Source: Octopus vulgaris (taxonomy: Eukaryota). From it: 64,000 nt of DNA. The notes under the pieces are model-generated. The model searched no databases and was not told the DNA's origin. It saw only the letters and a program-made list of their open reading frames with translations. The stretch covers positions 1-64,000 of the forward strand of contig OX597837.1 of assembly GCA_951406725.2 (NCBI GenBank). Reading direction: 5' to 3'. Position 1 is the stretch's first letter. Every line of letters starts with the position of its first letter. Shown here piece after piece: positions 27,356-41,264 of this stretch. The position numbers and the translations under genes were made by a program.

Positions 27356-27436
27356 TGTTAATTTTTTCAGTCTGTGGAGAAATGGCTAAAATTTGCCATG
27401 TTTATAATTATACCATATGTTACATATATTTATATT

Positions 27437-27762
27437 TCTTTTACTTGTTTCAGTCATTTGACTGCGACCATGCTGGAGCATCGCCTTTAGTCGAACAATT
27501 CAACCCCAGGACTTATTTTTTGTAAGCCTGGTACTTATTCTATCGGTTCCCTTTCCCGAACCGCTAATTTACGGGCACCTAAACACACCAACATCGGTTA
27601 AGCGAGGGTGGATGACACACACACACACACGCACACGCACATATACGACGGGCTTCTTTCAGTTTCAATCTACCAAATCCACTGAAAAGGTTTTAGTTGG
27701 CCCGAGGCTATAGTAGAAGACACTTGCCCACTGGAGCCATGTGGTTGGGAAGCAAGCTTCCT
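27437..27762 (-). mobile_element. SINE family A
   Basis: Matches the other copies. Confidence 0.85.
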
Positions 27763-27899
27763 ATATATGTTCAATTATAGCTTCGTGACGGGTAGCGGTA
27801 ACTAAACCGATCTGAATGTACCTACACGTAGACTAAAAGAATTACATGTACTCTTAATAAAAATGTATATATGTACCTATTCGTCTGTCTGTTCCTGTA

Positions 27900-28120
<221 letters not shown>

Positions 28121-29021
28121 AGCCATCACTGTCTGTCTGACTGTTTGTCTGTCTTTCTGCCTGTGTATCTAAGTATTCAACCAACTGAGTATTATGCGTA
28201 TATGCATATATATTTTCTGTACACACCACACACACACACACACACACACATCCTTTTATTCAATATTTATGTACGCATGTATGTGAGTATACATATATGT
28301 ACGCATATATAGATGCATATTTATAATCAATATGTCCCGATATACATGTACATGCACACATACACACTTGTAAAATATATATATGTACACACATGATTAC
28401 ATACATAAAATGCGTAGATGATCGAGTATACACGTGTACGTAGGAACGTGATAAATGTGTGTATGCATCCATGTGTGCGTTTATACTGCACGACCTTACA
28501 CGTATAGGAATTCTCTAAACTCCATCAAACCGAAACTATGCAACATATGGAGGCGAGAAAATATCTTCAGCCAGCTTTCATATGTAATTTATAGTTAATA
28601 GAATTACCTTCCTGGGGCGAAAAGGCTTCAGGGAGTTAAAGAAGTTCTTATTAAGATGGACATGAGATATCTGAATCGATGAGGTAATTCTACATTATGG
28701 AGGACCTCATGTTAAGGACGAAATAGAAATTGAAAACGAAAAACGCTAGCTTTTAGCAGGGGTGGTGGCGATGATGATGGAGGGGAATGGCGTTGTTGTT
28801 GTTGTTGTGGTTTGGTCCAAGTTCAACCTTGATTGAGAAGATCTGTGCCCCAAAATAATGCTGTTGGGATCAAAGACGCAGGAATAACCGTTAGCTTTGC
28901 ACCCACGTGGCCTCGGGTTCGGTTTTCACTGTGTTATACATTTGGAGAAAAGTCTTCTAATGCAGCCTCCGACTGTCTAATGCCTTTTTAATGAATGTGG
29001 CGGACGCAAACTTTCTATACA

Positions 29022-29069
<48 letters not shown>

Positions 29070-29294
29070 AGACAAATGCATTCACACACGTGTATATAAT
29101 ATATATATATATAAATATACAAATATATATATATATATATAAGACAAATGCATGCACAAACGTGTGTATAATATATATATATACAAATGCATGCACAAAC
29201 GTGTGTATAATATATATATATATATGAATCTACAAATATATATTTACATGTGTGTATATATATATACACATGTATACACAAATATATATTTACA

Positions 29295-29456
29295 TTTTTT
29301 CTCACCTTGTTTCTCTTTGTTTTTTCTGTGTACCTTTCTGTAGAAGAGCGTAGGCTCGAAACGTAAAAGACTTTTTATATTCCTGAGCGTTATACTAATA
29401 CATCTGTTTGTTTTGTACACCACCTGTCTTCGTCTTTTGTTTTTTTCGTAAACTCT

Positions 29457-29460
<4 letters not shown>
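29295..29460 (+). mobile_element. ~165-bp (TA)n-embedded repeat with minimal hammerhead-like fold (copies at 29917-30085 on minus and 42680-42851 on plus)
   Basis: Three near-identical copies in the window. Confidence 0.8.
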
Positions 29461-29512
<52 letters not shown>

Positions 29513-29796
29513 GTATACATATATATGTATATATATATATATATATATTATTGAAGTAGATAAATGAATTATCTTATAACGGATAATTCAAATGATGATA
29601 ACCGATACATGGGTAGCAAAAATCACAACACAAAAAGCACGGTTGAAGTTACGACCATGGGGCATAAAATCCGTGCCTTAATGCGGAAATCTGAAGTTTT
29701 ATATATTAAGTGTAGGAAGAAATGGAGCTGAACGAGGATTTAACAAAATTCCTTTTAAATCTTCATTCAGCTCCATTTCTTCCTACACTTAATATA

Positions 29797-29832
<36 letters not shown>

Positions 29833-30104
29833 TGTATGTATGTATGTATGTATGTATGTATGTATGTATGTATGTATGTATTTATGTATGTATGTATGTA
29901 TATATATATATATATATAGGAGGAGTTTACGAAAAAAACAAAAGACGAAGACAGGTGGTGTACAAAACAAACAGATGTATTAGTATAACGCTCAGGAATA
30001 TAAAACGTCTTTTACGTTTCGAGCCTACGCTCTTCTACAGAAAGGTACACAGAAAAAACAAGGAGAAAAAAAGGAGAGAAAAAAACGTAAATATATATTT
30101 GTGT

Positions 30105-30147
<43 letters not shown>

Positions 30148-30157
30148 AATATATATT

Positions 30158-30199
<42 letters not shown>

Positions 30200-30228
30200 G
30201 TATATATATATATATATATACAAATATA

Positions 30229-30266
<38 letters not shown>

Positions 30267-30276
30267 AATATATATT

Positions 30277-30316
<40 letters not shown>

Positions 30317-30322
30317 TATATT

Positions 30323-30356
<34 letters not shown>

Positions 30357-30374
30357 CAAATATATATTTACATG

Positions 30375-30406
<32 letters not shown>

Positions 30407-30416
30407 AATATATATG

Positions 30417-30447
<31 letters not shown>

Positions 30448-31189
30448 ACACAAATATATATGTACATGTATACATATATATATACAAATATATATTTACA
30501 TGTATACATATATTTATATATACACATATATTTACATGTATACACACACACATGTATAAACACACACGCGCACATGGATATATTTGTAAGAACAGAAAAC
30601 GAAACTCAATAATGTCAGAACTTTCAGTTGTTCTTTACAGCTGTTTCCATGAGTTACACGAAAATATCAACTATAAATGATTACAATAATTACACCAATT
30701 GAATTTAATTGAATTTAGTCGAATGTGATGAGGAAGTCATTTAATCAGGAGTATGTTGTTATTTCAGAAATAGGAATGTGTGTGCGCGCGTGCATGTCTT
30801 TCTGTCTGTCTTTACGATAACACAGCTCGAAAAATCGGTGATGCTAAGGAGATGTACTGGACTTTTAGATAAATGTTGGCGGCGGGGAGGTGTATATGAT
30901 TGACACACAGCCTTCAAGGTGGGGATCCAGTTTGGCCGCATTCCAATGACTGAACATTGTCTAACATGCCCTTCCTCTAACAAAACAGTGGGGTTATGCT
31001 TTGAAGATGATTAGGTTGATATTTCTAGCAGGCTGACTGACCACATAGAGGTTGGTGCTGATAATAGTAATATCTATGATCGAGTAGGATGGGATATCGT
31101 AGTTGCTGTTGTCATTGTTGTTGTTGATTTTAACCCTGCTGATCTTCGGTATGTTTATGGTGTCGAATGCAACGATATTATTACTTGCG

Positions 31190-31382
31190 GGAAGGTGACA
31201 AGCCGGACAAAATGCTTAGAAGCATTTCGTCCGTCTTTACGTTCTGAGTTCAAGTTCCACCAAGGTCGATTTTGCCTTTCATCCTTTCGGGGGTCAATGA
31301 AATAAGTACCGTAAAGTGCTGGGATCGATTAAATCGACTCATCCCCCTCCCCCAAATTTCAGGCCTGTAGTAGAAAAGATAT
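31190..31382 (+). mobile_element. SINE family B (Nin/Deu-domain-like core)
   Basis: GTTCTGAGTTCAA B-box region and GCCTTTCATCCTTTCGGGGGTC..TAAGTACC core. Confidence 0.75.
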
Positions 31383-31998
31383 TAATATTTGTGGTGATAT
31401 TTATGTTCGTGTCGGTATTGTCAGTGGCGTCGGCGGGAGCATCGGTGGTAATGGCGATAATTGTAAATTTGGAGTGTTTATAATAATGTTAATGAAGCGC
31501 AACACGATAACGCTGCTGCTGCTGCTGATGATGATGATGAAGATGATGATGAAGATGATGGTGGATGACGGTGAATAATGATCATAATACACATGATGAT
31601 GATAGTAGTGGTGGTGATAAAAAAATACGCTCATATAACGTAAGAAAGACGGCAGGAAAATTACTCGTGGTCGCCTGCTGCAGGAAAACTTAACAGCAAA
31701 GGTGGTGTTGGCATGATTTGGTAATATGACTGTCATAATAGTAGCGGTGGTGGTGATGGTCGGGGTAGTGATGATGATGGTGGTGGTGGTGAATGCAGTA
31801 GTGGCGAACGTTAGTGGTTCAAATGGTAATGATGATGGTGATAGTGGTTGTGGTGATAATGAAAATGAAGATGGAAGAGAGAGAAAATGAAAGATAGATC
31901 GATAGAGAGATGGATAGGTCGATAGCTAGACACAGACAGACAGACAGACACAGACATACATACATACATACATACATACATACATACATACATACAGG

Positions 31999-32029
<31 letters not shown>

Positions 32030-32113
32030 GCACAGACAGACAGACAGACACACAGAGACAGACAGACACAGACAGACACAGACATACATACATACATACA
32101 TACATACATACAT

Positions 32114-32148
<35 letters not shown>

Positions 32149-32271
32149 CACAGAGACAGACAGAGACAGACATAGATAGATACAGACAGACAGATAGACA
32201 GATACAGATAGAGAGATGGATAGTTAAATTGACAAATAGGCAGAGGTAGATAGATGGGGAGAGAGTGAGGG

Positions 32272-32306
<35 letters not shown>

Positions 32307-32618
32307 GATAGGGAAGCGTACACCAAAATGAATGGTGACACTGAAATTGTGCCGTAAATCATAGAGAGACATTTGGTGGATGTGCTCTCGCTGTCGTATC
32401 ATATCAACGATATTACATTGGCTGTAGTGGTGGTGGTGGTGAGAGGTGTATATTGTGGTAGTTGACAAAGTAGGATATACGAAAGTATAGATACAGGGAG
32501 ATACGAGTAGACACATACATATACATACAGACATATACGTGTATATACACACGCACATATATGAGCATTTACACACATATGTGTGTAATATATATCTGTA
32601 TGCCTATCTCTCTCTCTC

Positions 32619-32658
<40 letters not shown>

Positions 32659-32722
32659 TGTATAGCTATATATGTACACTTGTATGTAAGTATGTATGTA
32701 TGTATGTGTGTGTATATGTGTG

Positions 32723-32761
<39 letters not shown>

Positions 32762-32797
32762 CACACACACACACACATGGACATGCGTATGAACATA

Positions 32798-32836
<39 letters not shown>

Positions 32837-32894
32837 TACATATATATATGCACACACACATATACGCATATACATAATATACATATATGCACGC

Positions 32895-32935
<41 letters not shown>

Positions 32936-33535
32936 CAGACAGACAGACAGACAGAGAGAAAGAGAGAGAGAGAGAATGAGAGGGAGGAAAGGAAAGGAGA
33001 GAATGAAAGGTTATCGAATGATAAATTACTAAAGATGACACGAAATGTGAAAATCTAAGATGGAGGTGGTAGCGGGGGCGGGGGTTGTGGGGTTAGAAGA
33101 TTGGCATGGAATGCCTTGTGTGTGTGTGTGTTGCTCTCTGACTGGCGGCCATATTAAGCGTATTAAAAGCCAGCCTCCATTATGACGGTGGACTCGTCTA
33201 TCGGACATAATGCTTATTGAATCACAGTCAGCAGACGACACGCTAAGTCAAGTTAGCAGGTTTCAATACAATAAATTGATTTCTTTTTATCGAAACATTC
33301 GAACAATTCAACATTAATAATTCTAAGAATCAGTGAACATGGAGAAATGGGAGAGAGAAAGAGAAAGAAGGAGAGATTAAGAATACCGTATATGTATATA
33401 TGTATCTATGCGTCTATATATATAGGTGTATAGGTATGTATTCATGTACGTATATACGCGTTTGTTGTGTATGTGTAGTGTGTACATATGTATGGACTAT
33501 GAACATACGTATGTATATGTACACATATTTATGTG

Positions 33536-33570
<35 letters not shown>

Positions 33571-33725
33571 GCACACACATACACACACAAAAGCATTCAC
33601 ACACATATATACGCCTATATAATATGCATACATATGCAAACGCATGCATGCACACACACAAACACACACACACACACACACATATACTTGCTTACCTATC
33701 TGTGTCTGTCGTTGTGTGTGTGTGA

Positions 33726-33765
<40 letters not shown>

Positions 33766-34271
33766 AACGGATAGCTAGCTAGCTAGATAGATATGTAGGT
33801 AGGTAGATAGATAGGGATAATGAACAGAAAGAAAAGAAACGTTTTTATCGGAAGAATCATTACCAATATTTCCAGAATTGCGAAAGAAAAACAGTTTTAG
33901 ATCCACAGTTAATTTGACGAAGATGTTTAGAGAGATCGACATAAACGACAGACAGGAAAGATAGACAGACACATCGGATAAATGATAGAGGGACTAGCTT
34001 AGCTAAGGTTCTTATTAATCTTTTTGCTAATCTATCAATTTGGTGTGCGTCTGTCTTATGGACACGATGATGATGATAAAAATCATCCTTGTTATATCCT
34101 GCGCCTCCCTCTCCTCCTCCTCGCGTTACCGCTCTGTCTTTTTATTTCTTTATTCTCCATATCGAATCTATTAATCTTCCCTTTTCTTCAAGTCAATAAC
34201 AATCCATACAACGGACGAGATGCTGCCAAGAATTTCGTCCGGAGTGCTATCGATTCTGCCAGTTCGCTGTC

Positions 34272-34343
<72 letters not shown>

Positions 34344-34345
<2 letters not shown>

Positions 34346-34555
34346 CCTATCTATTATAGTCACAAGGCCTGAAATTTTTGGTGAGGGGACTAATCGATTA
34401 CATCGACCCCATTGCTTAACTGGTACTTAACTTATCGACCCCGAAAAGATGAAAGGCAAAGTCGACCTCGGCGGAATTTGAACTCAGAACGTAGCAGCAG
34501 ACAAAATACCGCTAAGCATTCCATCCAGTATGCTAAATATTCTACCAGCTCGCTG

Positions 34556-34558
<3 letters not shown>
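34344..34558 (-). mobile_element. SINE family B within (TAA)n
   Basis: Same core on the reverse strand. Confidence 0.85.
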
Positions 34559-34606
<48 letters not shown>

Positions 34607-34630
34607 TAATAATGATAATAATAATAATAA

Positions 34631-37600
34631 TTTATTATAATTTATTATTTAAATTTGTTACACAAAAAGTACGAAAAACTACACGTGCCCTACGAAAATG
34701 ACGACCGTCAAAATAATGGGCCGGACGTTGTTCCTCATGTCCCGACAATAAAACCAAAAAGGCATAAATGGACACGTGAGGAATACATTTCAATCCTATA
34801 CGCTTACTTTACAGCAGTGCTCTACCCAAAGAACGAAAACACAACAACATATACATATAAAATATAGAAGAAAAATAACATAAATAAAGACTTGGATACA
34901 GCAATGAACCCTAATAAACTAGCTAACGTACGAAGATATATTCTCAGCGCAAAAAATATCAGAAATAGAAATAGAACATTTAAAAGAAAAAATACATCAG
35001 GAAAATGTTGATAGAAGCCACACAACAATACCAAATAATATAAACACTGAGATAGTAAAACACGAAGACAAACGTAACATTCCCAACAAAAACGATGTAT
35101 ACAAAAAACAACAGAACCAGACCGTAAGGATGCATAATAATGCACGACAAGCAGCAAGCCAAAACACGACAGACAAACATACGAATGAGAAAGAGAGTGA
35201 CACAAATCTAAAACCTGGAAACAACGAAGGGGAGCCTAATGATTATGATACTATAAAAAGTAGAATAATCAAAGAACTGAAAACCACAGATCTCAAAATG
35301 GACCATCGACCATACCTCCCAAAAATCAAAATAGACAAAAAAAACAACATCAATTATAAATAACATAAACCTAGCCGTCACGGAACTAATAGACAATGAA
35401 ACAAATAGCAATATCACTGAGCTAAATGACTTAGTATATGCAGCAGCCACTGCAGCCACAAAAGAAGCTGGATACTCCCTCAGACCCATCCAAACAGGAG
35501 TACCACCACCCAAACAAACCCTGTGGATAAATAACATTAAAAAAATACAAAAAATGAGAAAAGATCTGTCGATTTTTAATGAAATCAGTAGACAATCAAC
35601 GCTACTAAGCAACAAAAAGAAAACAAAAATACTGTGCAAATACAACAACACAGAAAAAGATTTACCTGAGATAAAAGAAAAGCTAAAGCAAGATATCCTT
35701 GCCAAAACACAAAGGATCCGCCGGTACGAGAAACGCCAACGTTTCTGTGAACAAAACAAACAGTTCAACTCCAACCCCCAAAAGTTCTACCAAGAACTTG
35801 GCAAAAATAAAATAGACATCACTGCAGCACCAACGGCAGAAGAAGTGGAAGAATTCTGGAAAGAAATATGGTCGGCGAATGAACAACCAAAAAAAGGAGT
35901 ATTAAAACAACAAACTTAGCATCTGAGCAACTTTGGACCCCCATAACAACTGAAGAGGTCACCCAGGCACTGCAAAGACTAAGCAACTGGAAGGCACCTG
36001 GGCATGACAAGATCCTCAACTTCTGGTTGAAATATCTAACAGGAATGCACAAAAAGCTGGCTGAAAACTTTAACAACATACTGGCAGAGCCAGAGACAAT
36101 GCCTGATTGGCTCACGAAAGGGAAAACCATCTTAATTCTCATCCAATGAGACAGCAAAACCAGAAAACTATAGACCTATAACCTGTCTCCCTACAATGTA
36201 CAAAGCATTTACTGCAGTAATATCACACAGATTGAACAAGCACCTGGACGAAAACAACCTATTTCCAGAAGAGCAGAAAGGATGCCGCAAAGGCTCATAT
36301 GGCTGTAAAGATCAACTAATGATCAATAAAGCCATAACTGAAGACAGCCACAGAAAGAAGAAAGGCCTCAGTATGGCCTGGATCGACTACAGAAAGGCGT
36401 TTGATAGCATCCCCCACACATGGATCCTCGAAACACTAGCCATTAACAAAGTAGCACCAACAATTATAAAGTACATAGGACACTCTATGAATAAATGGCA
36501 GATAATGCTACAGCTCCAAACAAAAGAGGGACTCATGAAAACCAAAGCCATTAGAAGAGGAATATTCCAAGGAGACACGCTCTCTCTACTCCTTTTCTGC
36601 TTGGCACTGTCACCTCTATCTGATATGCTAAATAGAACTGGATGCGGATATAAATGTTACGGCAAAACGATCAGCCACCTTTTATATATGGATGACCTAA
36701 AACTATACGCAACAAATGACAAACAGCTGGAAACATTACTAAAGACAGTTCATGGATTTACCAAAGAAATAGATATGAAATTTGGATTAGAAAAATGCAC
36801 CAAAGTAACCATGAAAAGAGGAAAACTAGTTAAGAGTAGCAACATCACACTAGATAAAACCAATGGAATAAAAGAATTAGACCAAAGCCAAACTTACAAA
36901 TACTTAGGAATCCATGAACTAGATAAGACACAGCACACACAAATGAAAGAGAAAATAAAAAAAGAATATTATAGACGAGTTAGATCAATACTAAAAACAG
37001 CTCAATGCTTAAAACAAAATAATAGGTATTAACACTTTAGCCGTCCCAGTTATAAGTTACAGCTACAATATCCTTAACTGGACACTAACTGAGCTGACCA
37101 AAATAGATAGGAAAACAAGAAAAATAATGACAGGATCAAGGATGCATCACCCAAAATCTGACATAGAAAGGCTATATATACAACGTATAGAAGGTGGTAG
37201 AGGCCTTATACAGCTGAAAAACTACTATAAAATAACCACCACAGGACTGCAAAAATATCTACTTCTGAAGGAAGGAAAACTGATACAAATAGCAGCAAAA
37301 TACGAGCAAAACAAAAAACTGTTCTCAGTATTTAAGGATGCTGACAAATACAAACAAGAAGAAGATGAAGAAACAACAAAAGCTATAAAACAAATGAAAT
37401 CGAAACTAAAACTAGAACAGCAACGAACCATGATAAAACGATGGCAAGAAAAGCCCCTTCATGGCAAATACTGGACTAAACTAAATGCAAAAGAAATAGA
37501 CAAAGCAAAATCCCAGCAACAGTTGAGAAGCTCAGGACTCAAATCAGAGACAGAGATTTTTAATTGCAGCACAAGACCAAAGCCTCCCCACCAGAAATTA

Positions 37601-38304
37601 CCATAAACATGTAATGAAAAGAAATATAACAAGTAACTGCAGAATATGTGGAGATGGACAAGAAACAATAAATCATATTATCTCTGGCTGCCCAGTCCTG
37701 GCTAAGAAGGAATATATTCACAGACACGACAAAGTTGGGACCTACATACACTGGAAGCTATGCCAACATTATGGAATAACAACAGAAAAAAGATGGTATA
37801 GGCACACACCAGAAAAGGTCACAGAAAACGAGAAAGCAACCATACTCTGGGATATGCCAATACACACAGATAGAGAAATTAAGGCCAACAGACCAACAGT
37901 CAGAGATCATGAAGAAAAAAATGCTTTCTAATTGATGTATCAATACCAGCAGATGACAACGTTTCTCTAAAAGAAATGGAGAAACTCTCAAAATACAAAG
38001 ACCTGGAAATAGGGGTAACCAGAATGTGGATTCTAAAAACAGAAACAATTCCTATTATAGTAGGTGCATTAGGCCTGATAAAAAAATATTCAGACAAATA
38101 CATAACAAAACACCAGGACTTACAAACACATATAACATATAGAAAATTGCACTACTAGGCACTGCACACATCCTACGCAAAACACTTTCCATACAGTAAC
38201 CATCAGAGCATCACAACAAATCACAGCACATACCCAAGGCACACAGAGGTAGTGAAGTGAAAGCACGCTATAAAAATAAAACTACTGAATAATAAAACTA
38301 CTGA
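34631..38304 (+). mobile_element. Full-length degenerate Dong/R4-clade non-LTR retrotransposon (RT plus RLE) inserted in (TAA)n
   Basis: KRHKWTREE N-terminus; EEQKGCRKGSYGCKDQL, WIDYRKAFDSIPH, GIFQGD, HLLYMDDLKLY; CRICG..ETINHIISGC, RHD, ANRP, EKLSKYKDL; (AAT)n on both sides. Confidence 0.93.
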
Positions 38305-38328
38305 ATAATAATAATAATAATAATAATA

Positions 38329-39915
38329 GTCGTCGTCGTCGGCTCCAGCTCGTATCCGAGCATTGGATTCGTCAGTTTCTATCCAGTCTCCTCGGCTGAT
38401 GTTTGTGCCAAGTAGGTGGTAAAAGAGTCGTGAGCAGAATTCGCACAGGATAATCAGTGCGTGTCGAGGATGTTGAAGACGCTCCGTTCTTCTGCATTTT
38501 ACCTCCTCATTCTGTTGTCTGTTTTGCTCGAAGGAACTGGCTTCATTGCGGATAGCAGTCCTCCAGGCTGTCCTATCTATGGCAATATGTGCCTATGAGG
38601 ATGGCTGGATGTTAGTTTGAGCCAGGGTCCGTTTGAGCTGGTCTTCAAAACGGAATGTCGGGCATCCTATGGATCTTGTTCCGATTGCAAGTTCTCCGTA
38701 GAGCATAATCCTCGGGAGGCAAGAGGGCACCATACGCTGGGCGTGATCTGCCCAGCGGAGACGATGGCGAAGAATGGTGGCTTCGACGCTTGGTAGTGAG
38801 ACGCGGCGAAGAACCTCGTTGTTGGTAATATGATCTTCCCATCCTATATTGATGGTCTGTCGTAGCTCGGATTGCTGGAAGTATTCAAGTCACAGTGGTA
38901 CAGCGTCCAAGTTTCACAAGCGTAGAGATGAGTTGACCGGACAATGGCACGGAAGACCATGATCTTTGTCCAGATCTTCAATCAGCACGTGGTTGAAGAA
39001 TATATATTGGCTGAGTCTACCGGAGGTGGAATGGGCCGCCTTGATCCTGTTCTTCACGTCATTTTCAAACGTTTCTTCGAAACGATACTTTCAAGGTATG
39101 CGAAGTGTTCAACTTCTAGGGGTTGACCGTTGATGCTAATGTTTGTGGGTGGACTGTTCTGGCCTGGTGCAGGTTGGATCAGGGTCTTGGTCTTTAATGT
39201 GCTTACCTGCATCCCGACGTATTCGTATGCCGCCTTGTAAAGATCAGCTGTCCTTTGTAAGGAATCTGCGATCCGGCTCGAGGTGACATTGTCATCGGCA
39301 TACTACATCTTACGGACTGAGGTAGTGGAGGTCCTCGTCTTTGCATGGAGGTGTGCAAGATTGAAGTCCGCCATCCAAGAGATAGCGCATATTGATGGAA
39401 GGCAAGTCTAGTGGAAATTTCGTTGAACATGGTGGCCATGTACAAAGAGAAACAGGTTGATGCCAGGACGCATCCTTGCTTAAGATCCCCAGTGATGGGA
39501 AACGGGTCTGTGAGGGCATTTTAATGGCATACCCTACCCACCATACCGTTGTGGAGTGAGCGGACCAGGGCAATGATGTCCTCCGGACATCCAAACCGAG
39601 CAAGGATGGTCCACATTGCAGGACGGGGGACCTTGTCAAAGGCTTTCTTTAGACCCCAGAAGATGAACATTGGAGGCTGTTATTGTTCTTGACACTTCTC
39701 CTGAAGTTGACGAGCAGAAAAGATCATGTTGATTGTGCCTCGAGAGGGTCGAAAATCACACTGGGACTCAGGGAAGACGCCTTCCACGAGGATGAAGAAG
39801 TGATTGAGTAGGATACGGGCGTAGATCATACTTACAATACTCAGGAGTGAGATGCCCCGATAGTTGTTGCAATCCTCCCGGTCTCCCTTCTTGTAGATGG
39901 TGATGATAGTTACAA
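38329..39915 (-). mobile_element. 5'-truncated degenerate RTE-clade LINE
   Basis: IYKKGDREDCNNYRGISLLS...PESQCDFRPSRGTINMIFSARQLQEKC; (GAC)n tail at 38329. Confidence 0.88.
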
Positions 39916-40507
39916 CGCGGAAGTAGTTACGCGAAGGTGGACTTTGTCTTTCATCCCTTTCGGGTGGGTTGATAAAATAAGTACCAGTTATGCGCTGGAT
40001 TCGATCTAATCGACTTTCCTCTTCTGAAACTGCTGGCCTTAAGCTGAAATCTGAAACCGATAATGATGATGAAGATATTGATACTAGTATAATTACGTTA
40101 ATAATCATAACAGAAATAATTTAAAATACAGTAAAATATTGTTGAAAATAAAAGATAAAATAACATAAAATAATATAAAAAGACGAACAACACAATCTGT
40201 ACAAAATAAACAAATAATGGGAATCGGTGGGGGGAGGGTAACAACGCAAGAAAAACAAAAAAATACAAATAACTGAAGCCAAACTAATGAGAGCAACGAA
40301 GCGATTAGAGCTAACTGGTAGAGTTCACCGTTAACCAAACGGAATTATTTCCCCTTTCTTTTAGTAACTCTCTAACATATTTTCCCAGATGGAGGCGGAT
40401 TGTGGTGGTTGGATTTCATTTTATTTCTGAATTGTGTTGTGAGAATGATGTTTGGTGGTGTTTGGTGGTGTGTGGTGTCGGCGAGCATTCGTGCGTGCAT
40501 GTGAATG

Positions 40508-40555
<48 letters not shown>

Positions 40556-41264
40556 ATTGTTTAACTGGAGCAAAGCAGCAAAGATCAATGACAAAATTTC
40601 AATCAGTTCACGTTGGCCAACAACAACAACAACGAGTTCAATATTTTCCATTTAAATTTATATTTTTTAGAATATTGAAAACGGTGAGAAAATGATATTC
40701 CTTATCATCATCATCATCATCATGGTCGTTGTCTTCGTTGTCATCATCGTCGTCGCCCCTCCTCACTATCCTACACCTCCTCCTTACCTTGCCACCACCA
40801 CCTACATCATCACCTGTACAACTGTCATCATCATCGTCATCATTGCCCTTATCCCGCTACCTCTATTCTCTTTCTCCTCCTCTCCTTCCTATCTCCGCCT
40901 CTCCCCCATCATCATCATCTTCTCAGACAACATTGCGTGCTTTCGGCGCTCAACTGAGCACAGATCCGTGAGTCTTGACTTCGTGACGTGTTAAGTTTTC
41001 GTTTTCTATTTTCGGTTGCAATGTGATGCAGTGGTTTTCAATAGTTTCCATTTTCTCTATGTTAAGCATATTTCAAATTCCTCAGCTTTTGGTCACGTAT
41101 TTGTTTTCATGTTTTTAAAAGCCTTCTCAAATCATTTATCATTTAGATTTGATAATATTTTTAGTTCTTCTTTGTTTTACAATCTGGTTGTCTCTATTTC
41201 CGGATCTTTATTGTTTATTATTTCTCCTTTAATACATTAATGTCTATTTGGACTGATGCATCGA

